From the NCBI GenBank assembly GCA_964276515.1, contig OZ193909.1, positions 2,666,001 through 2,730,000 of the forward strand: DNA of 64,000 nt, written 5' to 3'. This DNA comes from Gordius albopunctatus. Taxonomy: Eukaryota. The notes under the pieces are model-generated. The model saw nothing but the letters and a program-made list of their open reading frames with translations. It did not search any database and was not told where the DNA came from. Shown one piece after another: positions 61,339-64,000 of this stretch (position 1 is the stretch's first letter; each line of letters begins with the position of its first letter). The position numbers were made by a program, and so were the translations under genes.

Positions 61339-64000
61339 TGTATAATATAAATTAAATCGTTGGAAGAAAAGTAAGTGAGTAAAAAGAGTTTTAAACTCCT
61401 TTTATATACTCGTGAATTAATTGAATAAATCAATCAAGTTTAGTGGTGCCTCCGCGAGGTATAAATAAATCAATTACATTTAGTAGTGTCTCCGCGAGGT
61501 ATGCTTGATTGGTCAATTAACGTCGCGAAGTAGTAAGGTAATGTAAATGAGACAATTAACTCAATGGACGCAACAAATATTCCGCTGGGTAAAAACGGAG
61601 TTCATATAAAATTAACAAATTTTTTTGGCCAATGAACTTGTCGACCAGACTTGGTAATGGTTGTGTTGGGAAGTGGTACGCTAGGTTTTGTGGAAGGTTT
61701 TGTAGAAGAAACAATGGTAGGTTGGTTTGAATTTTGGGTCGTTGAGTGATTGTTTGGTTTGGGTGAATTTGGGTCAACTGATGAATTCGGGTTATCAACC
61801 TTAGGCTCGAGGAAAGCTGGCTTTAATCGATCGATTGAGACAGTGCCTTTCCTGCCATTGTAGTCTATGATAAAAAATTTAGTATGTTTTTCAATCACTT
61901 TGAAAGGTCCTTCATAGGGGGGAACCAAGGCTTTGCGTAGCCGATCAGTCCTTATAAAAACATGAGTTGATGTAAATAAATTTTCGGACAATTGTTGTTT
62001 GATGTTCGATGGTCTGGAAGGTGTAAGTCGTACATCATCAAACTGCTGTCTAAGGCGTTGGATGTAATCGGTGGCGTTTATGTCGTAATCCGACGGTTGT
62101 AAAAAATCTCCTGGGAGTCGTAAAGAAGTACCGTATACCAACTCCGCGCTTGAACAGGCGAGGTCTTCCTTGACGGTGTTGCGAATCCCTAGGAGTACAA
62201 GGGGAATAAGTTCGGACCAACGGGTATAGTCACCTTTTGTCATGATTGAACTTTTGAGCTGTCGGTGAAATCGCTCTACCATCCCATTGGCTTGTGGATG
62301 GTAAGCTGTCGTAGAGATATGATGATACCCTAATAAAATAGATAATTGTTTAAAAAGGGCAGATTGGAATTGTGGTCCCCGGTCCGTGGTTAATGTCGCC
62401 GGAACACCAAAGTTGGCTATCCAGTATGTCAAAAAGTGTGCGTGCAACGGTTTCGGCTGTTGCGTCAATAATGGGAATTGCAATCGGCCATCGGGTGAAA
62501 CGATCAACGGCAGTAAAAATATAAATGTGGCCGTTAGAAGGTGATAAGGGTCCGACGAGATCTACATGTACGTGGTTAAACCTTGCGTCTGGTTCAGCGA
62601 ACGTGCCTGGGGTGGATATTACGTGTCTATTTACCTTGCATTTTTGACACGCAATGCATTGCTTTGTCCAATTGCGTACATCTTTGTTCATTCCCTGCCA
62701 GACGAAACGTTGGGCAATTAGTCTAAGTGTTGGGCGTAAGGCTGGGTGAGAAAGACCATGTAGTTGATTAAAAACTATGCGTCGGAGCGTCCTAGGTACT
62801 AAAGGTCTCGAAGTCGATGCAGATGTATCGCACGTAATAGTTAAATTTGTACCTGGAATTACGCGTTGTTCCAGTTTAAGGCTTTCGAGCTCTTCTAGTT
62901 GATATTGCTCTTGTTTTTGTGTCATAGCAATTCTTTCTGTGAGGGATGTGTTCGGTTGTTATATGGAGTTTGGTTGTTGCATGGAATCGATATCGATTCG
63001 GGACAAAGTGTCTGCTACTATATTCGCTTTACCTTTAAAAAACTGTATATCTGAAGTAAATTGGGAGATATAGTCTAATTGTCGTATTTCGCGCGGCGAG
63101 TATTTATCGGGTTTAGAAGTGAGAGCGTAAGTTAACGGTTTGTGATCAGTAAAAACTGTAAAATCGCGACCTTCTAAAATATGTCGGTACTGTTTAATTG
63201 AAAGATAAATTGCTAGCAGTTCTCTCCCGAATGTACTGTATCGAGTTTGTGTTTTGCTCAATTTCAGGGAGAAAAAGGATAAAGGACTAATTTCCCCTTT
63301 TACGGTCTGATGTAGTACGGCTCCAATGGCAGAGTTTGACGCGTCGGTTGTAATAGAGATGTTGGCACCATCCACTAAATGATTAAGGGTCAAAATTTCA
63401 TCGAGCATTATTTTAATCTTGTGGAATGCGTCGTGTGCGCTCTGCGTCATGTCCAAAGGTTCTTTTGCGTCGTTGAGGAGATCCGTCAGTGGTTGTAGAT
63501 GGTGTGCACAGTTGGGTATAAAACGCCTGTAAAAATTTACAATTCCCAAGAAACGACGTAGTTGTGTCATAGTGGTCGGGGTGGCAAAATTCTTGATGGC
63601 TGAGATCTTCTCCGGTATTGGCGTTAAACCTTGTGGGGAAACTTGATGTCCTAGGAAATCCAGAGAAGAACGTCCCCATTGGCACTTGTCCAGGTTGATC
63701 TTTATATCAAAATCTCTTAATCGTGTAAAAACTTGACGTAAGTGGTCTAAATGTTCACTAGTTGATGTACTTGTGATCAAAATATCGTCCAAATATGTGA
63801 AGGCGAAATTGAGACCACGGAGAGCTTGATTAATGAAGTGTTGGAATGTTTGAGCAGCATTTCGTAAACCGAAAGACGTTCGCAAAAATTCATAAAGACC
63901 GAAAGGTGTGGTTATTGCAGTCTTTGCGATGTCCTCCAAGGCTACGGGTATTTGATGGTAAGCTCTGACTAGATCTATTTTTGTATAGATGGTTGTGCCG
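61339..64000 (-). mobile_element. Ty3/gypsy LTR retrotransposon, 3' part (RT-RH-IN with frameshifts) and putative 3' LTR ~61339-61575; continues beyond the window
   Basis: [66 protein letters not shown] and PYEGPF. The candidate LTR runs TGTTGCG...ATACA on the minus strand; its partner LTR is outside the window. Confidence 0.9.

Overview
AT-rich, intron-rich animal (invertebrate-like) genomic DNA. Five spliced host genes can be reconstructed by hand: mitochondrial aconitase (+, 21 exons, 873-11226), a TTF2/lodestar-type SNF2 helicase (-, 24849-13367), a GPAT3/4-type glycerol-3-phosphate acyltransferase (-, 13 exons, 51151-36915), an RWDD2-like gene (+, 58509-59719) and a quiver/sleepless-like Ly6 gene (-, 60943-60233). 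Introns and intergenic DNA are packed with mostly decayed mobile DNA: three Ty3/gypsy copies, RTE LINEs, a second APE-type LINE family, CRE-like LINEs with a restriction-like endonuclease, and several hAT-type MITE families with 8-bp TSDs, including a 791-bp foldback. The most unusual object is a 1.7-kb RT/RNase H element in TTF2 intron 2 (20286-21970). It carries DIRS/hepadnavirus-type motifs but no integrase or tyrosine recombinase, is paired head-to-head with its own deletion derivative, ends 19 nt after TATAAA in both copies, and has an epsilon-like bulged hairpin upstream. Other highlights: a pseudoknot-capable RNA domain at an RTE 5' end, a LINE whose TSD duplicates the RWDD2 start codon, and a duplicated GPAT catalytic exon attached to an RTE. 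All assignments come from manual reading and recalled family motifs; no database search was run.
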